A DNA stretch of 64,000 nucleotides from an uncultured delta proteobacterium. GTDB lineage: Bacteria; Myxococcota_A; Polyangia; Fen-1088. Below, piece by piece: positions 1-11,200 of the stretch. Location of the stretch: positions 1,574,026-1,638,025 of the forward strand of contig CAWAKD010000007.1 in the NCBI GenBank assembly GCA_963782545.1, read 5' to 3'. The position numbers and the translations under genes are program-made. The notes under the pieces are model-generated. The model was given only the letters and a program-made list of their open reading frames with translations, had not been told where the DNA came from and ran no database searches. Position 1 is the stretch's first letter, and every line of letters begins with the position of its first letter.

Positions 1-372
1 GCGAACGGTCCCGACTTTGTCATGACCGTTGCCTATCGGGCCACGCCAACCGGCTTCTGGATAGCCGAGGAGACAGGCTCAGACGGGTTCGAACGTTGGC
101 ACGTCGGGTACGACGGCGCCGTGAGTGACCAGCGCGTGTATCCGCCGTATCCCGACATGGGCGTCAAGATGGGCACGAACCCCGGTCCGCTTGCATTTGA
201 CGGTCAGGGAAGGCTGATCGTCACGAGGAGCGCCGGGAGCTTGGCCAAGTACAACATTCCCCGCGACATCATCTTCCGCTTCGATCCCGACGATGCCGTG
301 GGTGAGGTCCTTGTTGATCCGGCTAGCTACGGCTACCTGAGCCTTACCTCCATCTTCTACACCGGTCCTTGA
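1..372 (+). CDS. C-terminal part of a hypothetical protein (5' end outside window), beta-strand rich, possibly propeller-like
   Basis: Frame is open from base 1 to TGA at 370-372 with GC3-rich codons. It contains a 'PGPLAFDGQGRLIV' NHL-like segment. Confidence 0.55.
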   Translation, partial: ANGPDFVMTVAYRATPTGFWIAEETGSDGFERWHVGYDGAVSDQRVYPPYPDMGVKMGTNPGPLAFDGQGRLIVTRSAGSLAKYNIPRDIIFRFDPDDAVGEVLVDPASYGYLSLTSIFYTGP

Positions 373-396
373 CGCCCGCACGGTGAGACGGTCAAT

Positions 397-483
397 TCAA
401 GCAGCTCGTTGTTCGTACCGATGGTGGAGCCCACCGACCTCGGGCAGCTCGACGATTTTGCCCACTGCTGGCAGCGCAGGCAT
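397..483 (-). pseudogene. Remnant 3' end of an integrase-core (rve) transposase
   Basis: Translates to 'GKIVELPEVGGLHHRYEQRAA*', the typical C-terminus of integrase-core-domain IS transposases. The rest of the gene is absent. Confidence 0.55.
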
Positions 484-505
484 GACTTCTTCTATACCGA
501 GGCCT

Positions 506-3310
506 TCACGGGGTGATGTCCAGGTGTGGAGCCAAGGCAGAGTCAAACGCCTGGGAACTCCAGAAATAGGGAAAGCCATAGCCTGAATCGTTGGTGATGA
601 CAAATCCGAAGTTCGAGCTGGGATTCGCAATCCAAGCGTTGATCAGCGGCGTGACGTCGAAAGCGATCCAATCCGGATAGGCACCCTGGAGATTGCCTGC
701 AGGCACGCTGACGAGCGCGGCCGGTGAAGATGAAGGTTGATTGTCCCAGGTGATGGTCTGCTCGTCCCAGGCGGCATTGACGAGATGGAAGTCAATATTG
801 CCGGAGAGAAAACCGTTTTGGCCCCACATGTAAATCCAAAGAACAGCAGAACTGGCGGTAGCGGGAAAGGAGGATTGGGCAAATTGCATATAGGTCCGGT
901 ACTGTGGGCCACCGTCGTAGAGCGTGCCGCCAACGAACAGGTACTGGTCATTCCCTGCGTCGTTGGGGGCATTCACGGACCAAACGTAGGCGTCCTGAAT
1001 CGACGCGAGGGGCGTGGTTGCGGAACAGACATTTCCCGTGCAGATACGAGAAGCGCACTCGCTGCCGTCGGAGCACGCCTGAGCATCCTTCTTCTTGCAA
1101 GCACCTTCGGTATCGCATGTGTTGTCGTCGGTGCACGTGTCAGGATCGTCGGCGCCAGCCACCGTCACGCAGGTCCCGTTGGCGCCGGTGCAAGCCTTGC
1201 AAACACCACAAGATTGGGCGCAGCACTTACTGTCGACGCAACTGCCCGAGAGACATTCCTCCGCGTTGCCGCAGGTCTCGCCGCTCTTCAGCTTGCACGC
1301 GCCGGTGGCATCGCAAGCTTGCGTCCCAACGCATTTTGCACCTGTCAAGTCCTCTCGGTTAGCGACTGTCGTGTTGCACTGGCCGTTTGCTCCGCAGTTC
1401 TGGCAGGATGGACAACTGGATTGAGTGCAACAAACGCCGTCCAGACAAGTGAGCCCAGGCTGGCACTGCACGCTCCCGTTGCATGACGTTCCCGCGGTCC
1501 TGTCCGGCGGGGAAACCAATCTGACGCACCGTCCTCCCTGAGCATAGGTGCGGAAATCCGGAATATTTCCATCACTGTAGGCTGCCCTGAGGTACGAGGG
1601 CGGATTGCCCATGCAGCCGCCCCGAATTGTACGGTTGGCAGTTCCGGCAAGCTTGGCGCAGTTGTCACAATCAGGCGGGTACGAAAGCGTCGCCCAGCCA
1701 TCGAGCCCCCACTCCCACACATTCCCTGCCAAGTCGGCGTGGCCCCACTTGCCGTCGCCCTTGGGTGATTTCGAACCGACATTCCTTATGCTGCATGAAC
1801 CACCGCAGTAGACGGCGTAGGTGTCATCGATGGTCGTCGATGACGCCGGGCTAGACCACGGGTAATAGCGCTGCTCGTTGCCTCCGGCGGCGGCATAGTT
1901 CCACTCCGCCTCGGTGGCCAGCCGGCCACCGTCCCAGGCACAAAAGGCGAAGGCTTCCCACCAGGTGAGACAGTTCGCGGGCTTGTTCTCGTTGGCGCCC
2001 GGCAAGTCGGTCCAGGTGTAGCTCGAGAAACACTTGATAGCGGACTCGAGGCTGGCCGTGTCCGGTGCCAGATTCGCGTCCCACGACGGATCCCAACCTG
2101 AGTTTGCGATGAGGGGGTGGGCACCCGCTCCGGAGGCGGGTGGGCTGGCCTGCGTGCCCATGCCCGCGTTCACGAACGCGCGGAATCGCCCGACCGTGAT
2201 CTCGTATTTGTCGAGGTAGAAGTCGGCCACCGTGGCTGGGTAGCTCATATCCGTGAAATCGACGCCGTCATAGCTCCGGTAGTAGGTGCCGCCAGGAACC
2301 AGGATGCTGGCACAGCAGCTCTCGTTCCCGGCCGACCCGCAGTTCGCAGGAAGGCCTGCGCAGCTCAGAGGCTGGATGCCGTATCCTTGCGCGTCGACTG
2401 CGCCGGCGTCGGGCCCCGGCTCGGGTCCCGACTCCGGCCCTGGCTCGGGGCTCGGCTCCGGACCAGGCTCCGGTCTCGGTTCCGGACCAGGCTCCGGTCC
2501 CAGCTCCTGACCGGGCTCCGGTCCCGGCTCTGCTCCCCACTCCGGTCCGGGCTCCGCTCCCGGTTCCGGCCCCAGCGGCAGGTCCAGAGGCATGTCTGGT
2601 TTCGCGTGAGGCAGGTCCGCAAGCAGATCGGGCACCAGCGGCGCGTCCGGCTGCACCGTGGGGAGATCGGGCACGACATCTGGATGCACAGGCACATCAG
2701 AGACGACATCCGAGATCGGCGGCGCTTCCGGCGACACGTCCGGAATCGACGCTGGGACCTCGTCCACCCGAGCTCCGCCGTCAGAGCTCGGCTCGACCAG
2801 AAGTGGTACTCCGCCATCCACCGGCGGCCCAGACGTCGGCCCCGGCATCACCTCCGGATCCACGCACATGCCCCTGTCGCAGGTCAGTCCCTCCGGGCAA
2901 TTCACCCCCATGCACTCCCTTGCCAGCAAGATCCGCAGCAGCCAGGACTTCTCGGGCACGAAGGACGTCAGGATGGTACGCGAAACCACGGTCTCGCCGT
3001 TTTTCAGCCCCTCGACGCGCACCTTGAAAGCCTCGGTGCGTTTGTCCACGGGAAGAAGTGTTACGTCCTCGGGAAGTCGGACCTGATTGGCTCCGCCACC
3101 GATCGCATCGACACGTTCGAGCATGATCAGTCCGTCCGCGCGGGCTGCGTGTACGGCCACGGCGTCCATCTGCTCGGGTACCGGGATGTTGGAGTTGATC
3201 TCCAGCACGAACTCGGTGCGATCGGGCAGAGCGCTGAACTTGCAGCCGGTGGCGACCTCTGCCAGCAGCAGGCCGGCGGCGACGAACGTGTGTCTGGCCA
3301 CGCGTGACAT
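506..3310 (-). CDS. Multidomain lipoprotein: N-terminal myxobacterial lipoprotein domain, Pro/PEPG linker, FGE-sulfatase (SUMF1/EgtB/PvdO, CLec fold) domain, Cys-rich repeats, C-terminal DNRLRE/CBM96-like domain
   Basis: Lipobox-like VATGC. FGE motifs 'FYLDKYEITVGRF', 'CAWDGGRLATEAEW', 'DLAGNVWEW', 'RGG'. C-terminus 'QDAYV...RTYMQF...WDEQTITWDNQP...FDVTPLINAW...P-L'. Confidence 0.85.
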   Translation of the reverse strand: MSRVARHTFVAAGLLLAEVATGCKFSALPDRTEFVLEINSNIPVPEQMDAVAVHAARADGLIMLERVDAIGGGANQVRLPEDVTLLPVDKRTEAFKVRVEGLKNGETVVSRTILTSFVPEKSWLLRILLARECMGVNCPEGLTCDRGMCVDPEVMPGPTSGPPVDGGVPLLVEPSSDGGARVDEVPASIPDVSPEAPPISDVVSDVPVHPDVVPDLPTVQPDAPLVPDLLADLPHAKPDMPLDLPLGPEPGAEPGPEWGAEPGPEPGQELGPEPGPEPRPEPGPEPSPEPGPESGPEPGPDAGAVDAQGYGIQPLSCAGLPANCGSAGNESCCASILVPGGTYYRSYDGVDFTDMSYPATVADFYLDKYEITVGRFRAFVNAGMGTQASPPASGAGAHPLIANSGWDPSWDANLAPDTASLESAIKCFSSYTWTDLPGANENKPANCLTWWEAFAFCAWDGGRLATEAEWNYAAAGGNEQRYYPWSSPASSTTIDDTYAVYCGGSCSIRNVGSKSPKGDGKWGHADLAGNVWEWGLDGWATLSYPPDCDNCAKLAGTANRTIRGGCMGNPPSYLRAAYSDGNIPDFRTYAQGGRCVRLVSPPDRTAGTSCNGSVQCQPGLTCLDGVCCTQSSCPSCQNCGANGQCNTTVANREDLTGAKCVGTQACDATGACKLKSGETCGNAEECLSGSCVDSKCCAQSCGVCKACTGANGTCVTVAGADDPDTCTDDNTCDTEGACKKKDAQACSDGSECASRICTGNVCSATTPLASIQDAYVWSVNAPNDAGNDQYLFVGGTLYDGGPQYRTYMQFAQSSFPATASSAVLWIYMWGQNGFLSGNIDFHLVNAAWDEQTITWDNQPSSSPAALVSVPAGNLQGAYPDWIAFDVTPLINAWIANPSSNFGFVITNDSGYGFPYFWSSQAFDSALAPHLDITP
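2411..2573 (-). repeat. Intragenic 12-bp tandem repeat encoding a (P/A)EPG tetrapeptide linker
   Basis: About 13 imperfect CCGGAGCC(C/T)GG(A/T)-type units giving 'PEPGAEPGPEWGAEPGPEPGQELGPEPGPEPRPEPGPEPSPEPGPESGPEPGP'. Confidence 0.8.
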
Positions 3311-3440
3311 CGAGAGTCTTCCGTCCCGATTGTACGCCTGTCACGGGGCAAGCGCGCACCACCCGCTGGACTAATTCTCGCTCTGGCCTTCTAATTGACT
3401 CGATGTCGCTGTTCGCTCCATCGCACATTCGGGGACTGGC

Positions 3441-5003
3441 ATGACCCAGGCCTACAGCGATACCGGCCCGCGTGCGGGCAAGATCATCGGGGGGAAGTAT
3501 CGCCTGACACGCCGGCTGGGCGAGGGCGGGATGGGCGAGGTCTACGAGGCCCAGCACACGGTCATCGGCCGGCGCTTCGCCGTGAAGTTCCTGCACGCCC
3601 ATCTGGCCAAGAACTCGGAGGCCATGACCCGTTTCCGGCACGAGGCGCAGGCCGCCGGCGGGATCGAGCACGAGAACATCGGCGCGGCGCTGGATATCGG
3701 CGAGACCGACAACGGCGCCCCCTACCTTGTGATGGAGTACCTGGAAGGCGAGGACCTGGCCCACCTTCTCGAGGAGAGGGGGGCGCTGCCCTACACGCGC
3801 GCCACGTACCTGATCCTGCAGGCGTGCCGGGGACTCGTGGTGGCGCACGGCCGTGGCATCATTCACCGCGATCTCAAGCCCGAGAATCTCTTCATTTGCA
3901 AACGCGATGACGGTGGCGATCTGGTCAAGGTGGTGGATTTCGGCATCGCCAAGTTGCGCGCCAAAGTTACCGTCACCCAGTCCGGGGTCACCATGGGCAC
4001 GCCCTGCTACATGTCGCTGGAGCAGGCGCGCGGGGCGAAGGAAGTCGATCACCGCGCCGACATCTACGCCCTCGGCGTGATCCTGTACGAGGCTATTTCG
4101 GGGACGCGGCCCTATCCCGGCGAGAACTACAACGAGGTTCTCTTCAACCTCTTTTCGACCGAGCCCGTGCCCCTGCACAAGCTGTGTCCCGATCTGCCCG
4201 CTGGTCTGGCCGACGTCGTCCATCGCGCGATGGCCCGCGAGGCGAGTGACCGCTACGCTTCGGTGGCCGACCTAGCGGCGGCTCTGGCCCCCTTCACGGG
4301 TCGAAGCTTGACCCCGGTCGAAACGATTATCGAAGCGGTCGCGGACGGTCCGCACCGGGGTGGAACACTGAAGTCGCCCGTAGGCTTGGCTACGCACGAT
4401 TCGACGCCGCGCCCGATCCCGGTGACCATAACCCCCCAACGGCGTGTGGCGCGCATCGGCTCCGAAACCGAGCAACTGGTCAACGATGTCGTACCAGGCC
4501 ACAAGCGAGGCGTGGTCGTTGCCGTGGGCCTGGGAGCAATGGCGCTAGGCGCTCTGGCCTACAGCCTGTGGATGCACACGCAGGGGACTGCCACCTCGAC
4601 TACCGGGACACCCGCCATCGAGAGGCGCGCAGGCCCCTCGGCGGCAGCGCCCGTGCCGCCCCCTGTCGTGACGGCCACGACTGGACTGCCACCGTCGCCT
4701 GCGGTAGTGACGCCCCCACCGCCCGCACCCGCGCCTACCATGGCCGCACCGATGGGGGCGGACACGACGCCCGTTCCCGGGACCGACACGCCTTCGCGGC
4801 ACAAGCGAGGCAAGCGCAAGTCCAAGCATGTGACAAGGGCGGACACGTCTTCCGGGCCTCCCGCGTTCACTCCCCCGTCGGCGCCCGCGCCCAAACCGGC
4901 GGAACCTGCGGTGGTCCCGTTGACACCAAGACCGGCTTCCCCGCCCGGGAGCGCGAAGCGACACGGTCGTAACTTCGATCTGAACAACCCGTACAGCGAG
5001 TAG
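3441..5003 (+). CDS. Hanks-type Ser/Thr protein kinase with one TM helix and a Pro-rich extracytoplasmic tail
   Basis: GEGGMGEVY, AVK, HRDLKPEN, DFGIAK, GTPCYMS.EQ, DIYALG. TM segment 'VVVAVGLGAMALGALAYSLW'. Tail ends '...NNPYSE'. Confidence 0.95.
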   Translation: MTQAYSDTGPRAGKIIGGKYRLTRRLGEGGMGEVYEAQHTVIGRRFAVKFLHAHLAKNSEAMTRFRHEAQAAGGIEHENIGAALDIGETDNGAPYLVMEYLEGEDLAHLLEERGALPYTRATYLILQACRGLVVAHGRGIIHRDLKPENLFICKRDDGGDLVKVVDFGIAKLRAKVTVTQSGVTMGTPCYMSLEQARGAKEVDHRADIYALGVILYEAISGTRPYPGENYNEVLFNLFSTEPVPLHKLCPDLPAGLADVVHRAMAREASDRYASVADLAAALAPFTGRSLTPVETIIEAVADGPHRGGTLKSPVGLATHDSTPRPIPVTITPQRRVARIGSETEQLVNDVVPGHKRGVVVAVGLGAMALGALAYSLWMHTQGTATSTTGTPAIERRAGPSAAAPVPPPVVTATTGLPPSPAVVTPPPPAPAPTMAAPMGADTTPVPGTDTPSRHKRGKRKSKHVTRADTSSGPPAFTPPSAPAPKPAEPAVVPLTPRPASPPGSAKRHGRNFDLNNPYSE

Positions 5004-5215
5004 AACTGGGGTTCGACTCGGACGCAAGGTCGACGCAGACATCGCGTGCAGCGCGGTGTGCCAATTGCGGCCGAAGAATCTCAAGAAACCTCACTGATCG
5101 GTCGATCTACACGGTGCGCTGCCTTGTGGTGTCATCGGCGAGGGTGCGCATGAGCTGAAGGTTGCATCGCCCGCTGTTTCCCCGGGGTGAGTCTTCGAAA
5201 GAACAGGAGAACCAC

Positions 5216-8200
5216 ATGGGACCGTCTCGTTACGAGGTCGTGGCAACATTGGGCGCGCTGACACTGTTGCTTGGAGGGACGGCATGCGACCGCCAGCGGT
5301 CGCAAGAAGGCGGGATAGATGTCAACTCGAGTACCCATGCGCTGTCGGTCAATCCCGGGCCGACGATGTCGACTCCGCGCAAGGACTTCGCCGTGGTCGA
5401 ACTGGACAGCGACCACCTGATGGTGATTGGAGGTAGCAATGGCGTTGTGCCGTTGTCCTCTTGTGAAGTCTACACGTGGAGCACCGGAGTGTGGACGCTG
5501 ACACGTCCGATGGCGGTGTCACGCATCTTGTCGCAGGCCGTTCTCTACAACTACTCCGGCTACAACAAGATCCTGGTGGTCGGGGGCGACAGTCCGGCCG
5601 GAGCGGCTGGCGCGGCCGAGCTCTACGATGTCAGCTCCAATGCCTGGACCGCGCTGACCACGTCGCCGGTGTTCCACCAGGACTTCCGCGCGTGGAACGC
5701 CGGCAACAACAAGATCGTGCTGGCGGGCGGACGGGACGCAAGCGGGAACTACCTGCAAACCGTGGACGTTTTCGACATGAGCACCCAGACCCTTTCGACC
5801 GGCATTCCCCTTCCGGGTCCGCGCGCGGGCTATGGGCTGGTGACCATCGGTGGAAACACCTACGCCTGCGGCGGTCGCACCAGCGCGACTGGTTTTCTCA
5901 GCGACTGCGTTCGCTACGACTCGTCGAGTACGCCCTCGACCGGCTGGCACAGGGACTACGCGATGAATACGGCACGCGCCGACTTTTTCGCGTACCAGGA
6001 CATGGTCTTTGGTGGCCGGAATGCAACGGGCGCGCTCAAGTCGGTCGAGATGGGCAGCCCCACTGGATTCCTTGCTCTCGCGGATATGTACGCTTCGCGC
6101 GTGAATGCGGAGGGGGACAGCAGCAGTAGCACCGTGGTGTGGCTCACCGGTGGAACCGGCGACAGTGGCGCCATTCGCGCCAGCACGGAGACCGTCAGAC
6201 GCCCGGTTGGTGGCAGCGCCTTTTTCACGCCCGCGATGGCCGTCGCTCGCACCGGACACGGGGCGTGGATGCACGACGTCGCCAACGGGATCGTGTTCGG
6301 CGGCCAGGACGGCTCGGGCAACACACTCGCCACCACCGAGAAGTTCAACTTCGGCGTCGGCCAGTGGAAACTCACAGGCAAGCCGGTCGTGGCGCGTGCC
6401 GGACACGTGGCGGCGCCTTTGGGCAGCGGCGATGTGCTGCTGGCCGGCGGGTATCAGAGCGGGTCCAGCGGAAACGTCGCGCTCGTCTTCTCACCGTCCA
6501 CGAAGAACTGGGTATCGAGCACGACCGCCTCCTCCTACTACAGCAACAACCTCCAGATCGGCGACGGGCAGTCCGCGGTCAAGCTGCCGGGCAACCAGGG
6601 GGTGCTCGTGACAGGCAGCGGGTACTGCTCCTCAGGAGGCTACTGCTACGACTCCTATGCCTACAGCGCGATCTTCTACGCGGGCGGCTGGCAGACCTTG
6701 ACCCAGATGCAAGCCTTTCACCGCCATCCAGCCACGGTGCTATTGGGGACGGGCACGGTTCTTGTCGCTGGTGGTGGCCAGTGGGACGCTCCATCCGATA
6801 GCTGCCCTGAGAGTTGCTACGGATCTGCCACGGTCGAGACCTACCGGACCGGCCTCTGGTCGAAAGCCCAGGGCATGATCGGCCGCTGCGGCAACGCGGC
6901 CGCGGCTCTGGCCAGCCCTTATCAGGACCAGGGCATCGTGTGCGGCGGGCGGCCCTACTCGTCTTCCGGATCCTGCACCTCGCCGGCCGATCCGCAACGC
7001 TCGTGCCAGAAGTGGAACGACACCACCAAGCTCGGCGCCAGCATCGCACCCATGCTCTACCCACGCGCCGATTTCGCCCTGGTCGCCCTCTCCAACGGGA
7101 AGATCATTGCTATCGGTGGCGGTCCAACTACCACCGAGATCTACGACCCGGCCACCGATGCTTGGACAGCGGGGGCGGCCATGCAGGCAAGCCAGACGCG
7201 CTTCGGGCATGCATGGCTGGATGCGACCCACCTGCTCGTCGTCAACCGCGGTGTGGGGGCCGAGATATTCACCTACAACCCCGCGACCGGCAGCGGCTCC
7301 TGGAGCGCGGCCGCTTCGCCCGCGTGCTCGGAAACGCAGTCGAACGCCAGTGTGGAGATACACCTCGCGGCGCTCGGGGGCGGACAGGCGCTCGCGGTTG
7401 GTGGCAACTCATGCCCGCCCGAGATCTACTCCCTGGCCACCAATGCGTGGCAACAACTGCCCTGCCTCGCGGGCTCGGACGGCTTCGTGCCAACCCCTCT
7501 CGACGACGGCACGGTTCTGCTCACCGGCGGCTACACCCTAACCGGACGCACGGCCCTCGCGTCGGCCGAGGTCTATTCACTCACCAGCGGTACCTTCAAG
7601 GCCGCGGCTTCGTCCATGGCCGAGTCACGGATGTTCGCCGCCGGGGCCACGCTCAACGATGGTAGCGCGCTGGTTCTCGGTGGGACCGATGGCTGGACCG
7701 TTCGATCGTCGACCACTAGCTACGCGAACGGCACCTGGGGCCCGATCCCCGCCCTGAACGACTGTCGCGCCTCCGCCGTGGGCACGTGCGCGGACCGCAT
7801 CAAGATCGCGGTATTGCCCGGCACAGGCGACATCGTGGTGGCGGGTGGCTGCAACTTCGACTCCGCGGTGACCACGATGGAGGTCTATTCGGCCGGGAGG
7901 TGGAGCTACCTCGCGGCGCCCCCGTCCCTGTACTCGGTCCAGAACCTCCACGCGCTGGCCAACGGTAGGATGCTCGCGGTGGGGGATACCAAGACGGCCA
8001 GGCAGATGAGCCTGCTCGGAGCAGCGTCACCGCATACGTGGTCGTCGACGCCGGCCGCCCCCTACGACTTCGAGCAGGTGAACTCGGCCTTGCTCCCGGA
8101 TGGCACCATCTTCGTCACGGGCTCGGCGGTGTACCAGACCGATGCGTCCGCCTTGGCACCGGTCGCGAGCCTCTTCCGGACAAGCACGGGCGACTGGGCG

Positions 8201-11200
8201 TCCAAGGTCTTCGCCGCGCAGCCACCGGACCTGTCGCTGGATTTCTTCGGCCTGCGAAGCGGCAGCGTCTTTCGCATGAAGAACGATGCCTATGCCGGCA
8301 CTCTCTATTCCTTCCCTAAGGACACCTGGCTGACGACCAATTCGACGAACACCAGCGGCAGCGACGGTACCCTGACCCTGCTGGCGAACGGAAAGGTCCT
8401 TCTGGTGCGCGGCCCGGGTAGTGCCGAGCTCTATACCGAGGACAGCGCCACGAGCGGCCAACTGTGTGACACCGCCGCTGACTGCCCGGGCACGGCGCCC
8501 AACTGCGTGGACCATTTGTGCTGCGATAGTCCCTGCGCAAACCCGTGCTCGTCTTGCGCGCAGCCGGGCTTCGAGGGCCGGTGTACTCAAATGCCCATGG
8601 GCAGCGCGTGCCGGGGCATTGCCTGCTACACGTGCGACACGGGCGGTGTGTGCTCCGTCCCCACGCCCTCGGTGCCTTGCGACGACGGCGATCCGCAGAC
8701 GTTCAATGACACCTGCTCCTCGGGGCAGGCTCCCGTTTGCACGGGCACTCAAACCACTTGCCGGGCCACGAGCCAGTGCGAGGCCGCGGTGTCGTTCGAC
8801 GGCGCCAACAACTGCGTGTTCATCGCCAAGCCGGTGGGAACACCATGCGACGACGGCAACAACTGCACCGAGAACGAAGCCTGCAACGGCAGCATCGGCG
8901 CTGACGTTAGCCCCAACCGGATCTGCGTGGGGGGCACGATGAAGACCTGCGCTGCATCGACCGATCCCTGCTGGAACGTCACGGCCGATTGCACCGCCAA
9001 CGTCTTCACCTGCAAGAAGACCTTCCGGCCGGGTGTGAGCTGCGACGATGGCCAGGCTTGCACGCAGAGCGATACGTGCGACTCGGCCACGCAGACTTGC
9101 AAGGGCACGCTGAGGACCTGCGCGGCGCCGAGCGCGTGCACGAACGCAACCGCATCTTGTGCTGCCGACGGTACTCTGGTGTGCACGCCGGTCAATGTCC
9201 CGGCCGGCAGCAAGACCTGCGACGATCTCAACCCGTGTTCGTATGGTGACACCTGCGACGGCAATGGGAACTGCGCCGGGAACACCTACCAGTGCACGCT
9301 GGGGGAGTGTGACAGCAGCGTGACCTGCAACGGCACGGGCGGTTGCACGCGGTCGTACAAGTCCTGGGGAACCTCGTGTGACGACGGAAATTCCTGCACT
9401 ACCGGCGAGTACTGCAACGGCAGTGGTGCTTGCGTCGGCGGCACGTTGAAGACCTGCCCGGTGTCGACCGATCCCTGCATGTCGTGGGTGGGCCAGTGCA
9501 CGAACGGTGTCCTGAATTGCACCCAGGTGTTCCACCCGGGAACGAGTTGCAACGACGGGAACGCCTGCACATTCGGCGACACTTGTGACGCGGCAGGCGC
9601 CTGCAAGGGCACGGACTACCAGTGCAACGCCAGCTCGTGCCAGCAAAGCTCGGTCTGCGACGGGACGGGCAAGTGCACGGTCCAGAACCGGCCGCAGGGC
9701 GCGACGTGCGACGACGGTGTGGCTTGCACGCAAAACGATGCGTGCGACGGCAAGGGCACCTGCGCGGGGACGCCCTATGTGTGCCCCCTGGGTGAATGCG
9801 ACCAGGGCGTGACCTGTAACGGTTCTGGAGGATGCAACCCCGTGTTCAAGCGTGCGGGCACGCTATGCCGCGAATCCACGGGGGACTGCGATGTGGCCGA
9901 AACCTGCACCGGCGCGAGCTCGGCCTGTCCCGCTGACGGCCTGAAGACCGGCAACGTGTGCCGGCCTTCGGCCGGTCCGTGCGACGTGGCCGAGACTTGC
10001 ACCGGCAGCAGCAAGGCATGTCCGGCCGATACCTTCGTGGCGGCGAGCAGCGTGTGCCGGAACTCGACCGGCCCCTGCAATCTCGCCGAGACATGCACGG
10101 GGTACAGCGCGGCCTGTCCATCCGATGCCGTGCAGGCGGCCGGCACCCAATGTCGCGCGGCCAACGGGATCTGCGACAAGGCCGAGGTGTGCGACGGCGC
10201 CTCGAAAGCGTGTCCCATGGACACCTACCAGCCACCGGGGACGGCCTGCCGCGCATCTGCCGGTGCGTGTGATCTTGCCGAATCTTGTACAGGCGCCAGT
10301 CCGACCTGCCCGAACGACACGAAGGTCGCGTCGGGAACCGTGTGCCGGCCCGCGACCGGCGATTGCGACGTGGCGGAATCGTGCGATGGCCAGAGCGCTG
10401 CTTGCCCCAACGACGTCCCCAAGCCGCGAGGCACCGTGTGCCGAGCGAGCGCCGGGGATTGCGACGTGGACGAGGTTTGCGACGGAAGCAGCAAGGTGTG
10501 TCCCCCCACCGACGCGAAGAAGCCGGCCGGCACGGTTTGTCGCGCCTCGGGTGGCGACTGCGACGTCGAGGAGAAGTGCGATGGGGTCACGCCGGCCTGT
10601 CCCAACGACTGGCTCAAGCAAGCCGGGACCGTGTGTCGGACCTCGGCGGGAGACTGCGACGATGCCGAGTACTGTACCGGCGCCTCCAAGGTCTGTCCGC
10701 CAGACGCCCTCAAGGCGTCCGGCGCCGTGTGCCGGCCCGCGACCGGCGATTGCGACGTGGCGGAAACCTGCACGGGCTCGTCGGTGGCTTGCCCGGCCGA
10801 TGTGTTCGCTCCCAGGACCACCTTGTGCCGGGCCCAGGCGGGCGAGTGCGACGTTGCGGAGACGTGCACGGGCCTGTCCCGCGACTGTCCAGCCAATCAG
10901 GTGCTGCCAGTTGGAACCGAATGCCGGCCCGCGAGTGACAAGTGCGACCTGGCCGAGTCCTGCGACGGCCTCGGACCAGACTGCCCGAAGGACGTGCCTT
11001 CTCCGGCGGGCACCGAGTGCCGGGCTGCCAGCGGGATCTGCGATCGCGCGGAGGTCTGCACCGGGCTCTCCAAGCAATGTCCCGCGGACGAGTTCAAGCC
11101 AGCCAGCATTTTGTGCCGGTCCGCCGCGGGTCCCTGCGATCAACCAGAGAATTGCACGGGCCTTGGCCCCGACTGCCCAGCCGACGCCACCTACGCCATC

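Noticed and set aside
1500-1660. Diversity-generating retroelement target (C-terminus of the CLec/FGE domain)
   Set aside because: No reverse transcriptase and no template repeat differing at adenines was seen in the window. A remote DGR cannot be excluded.
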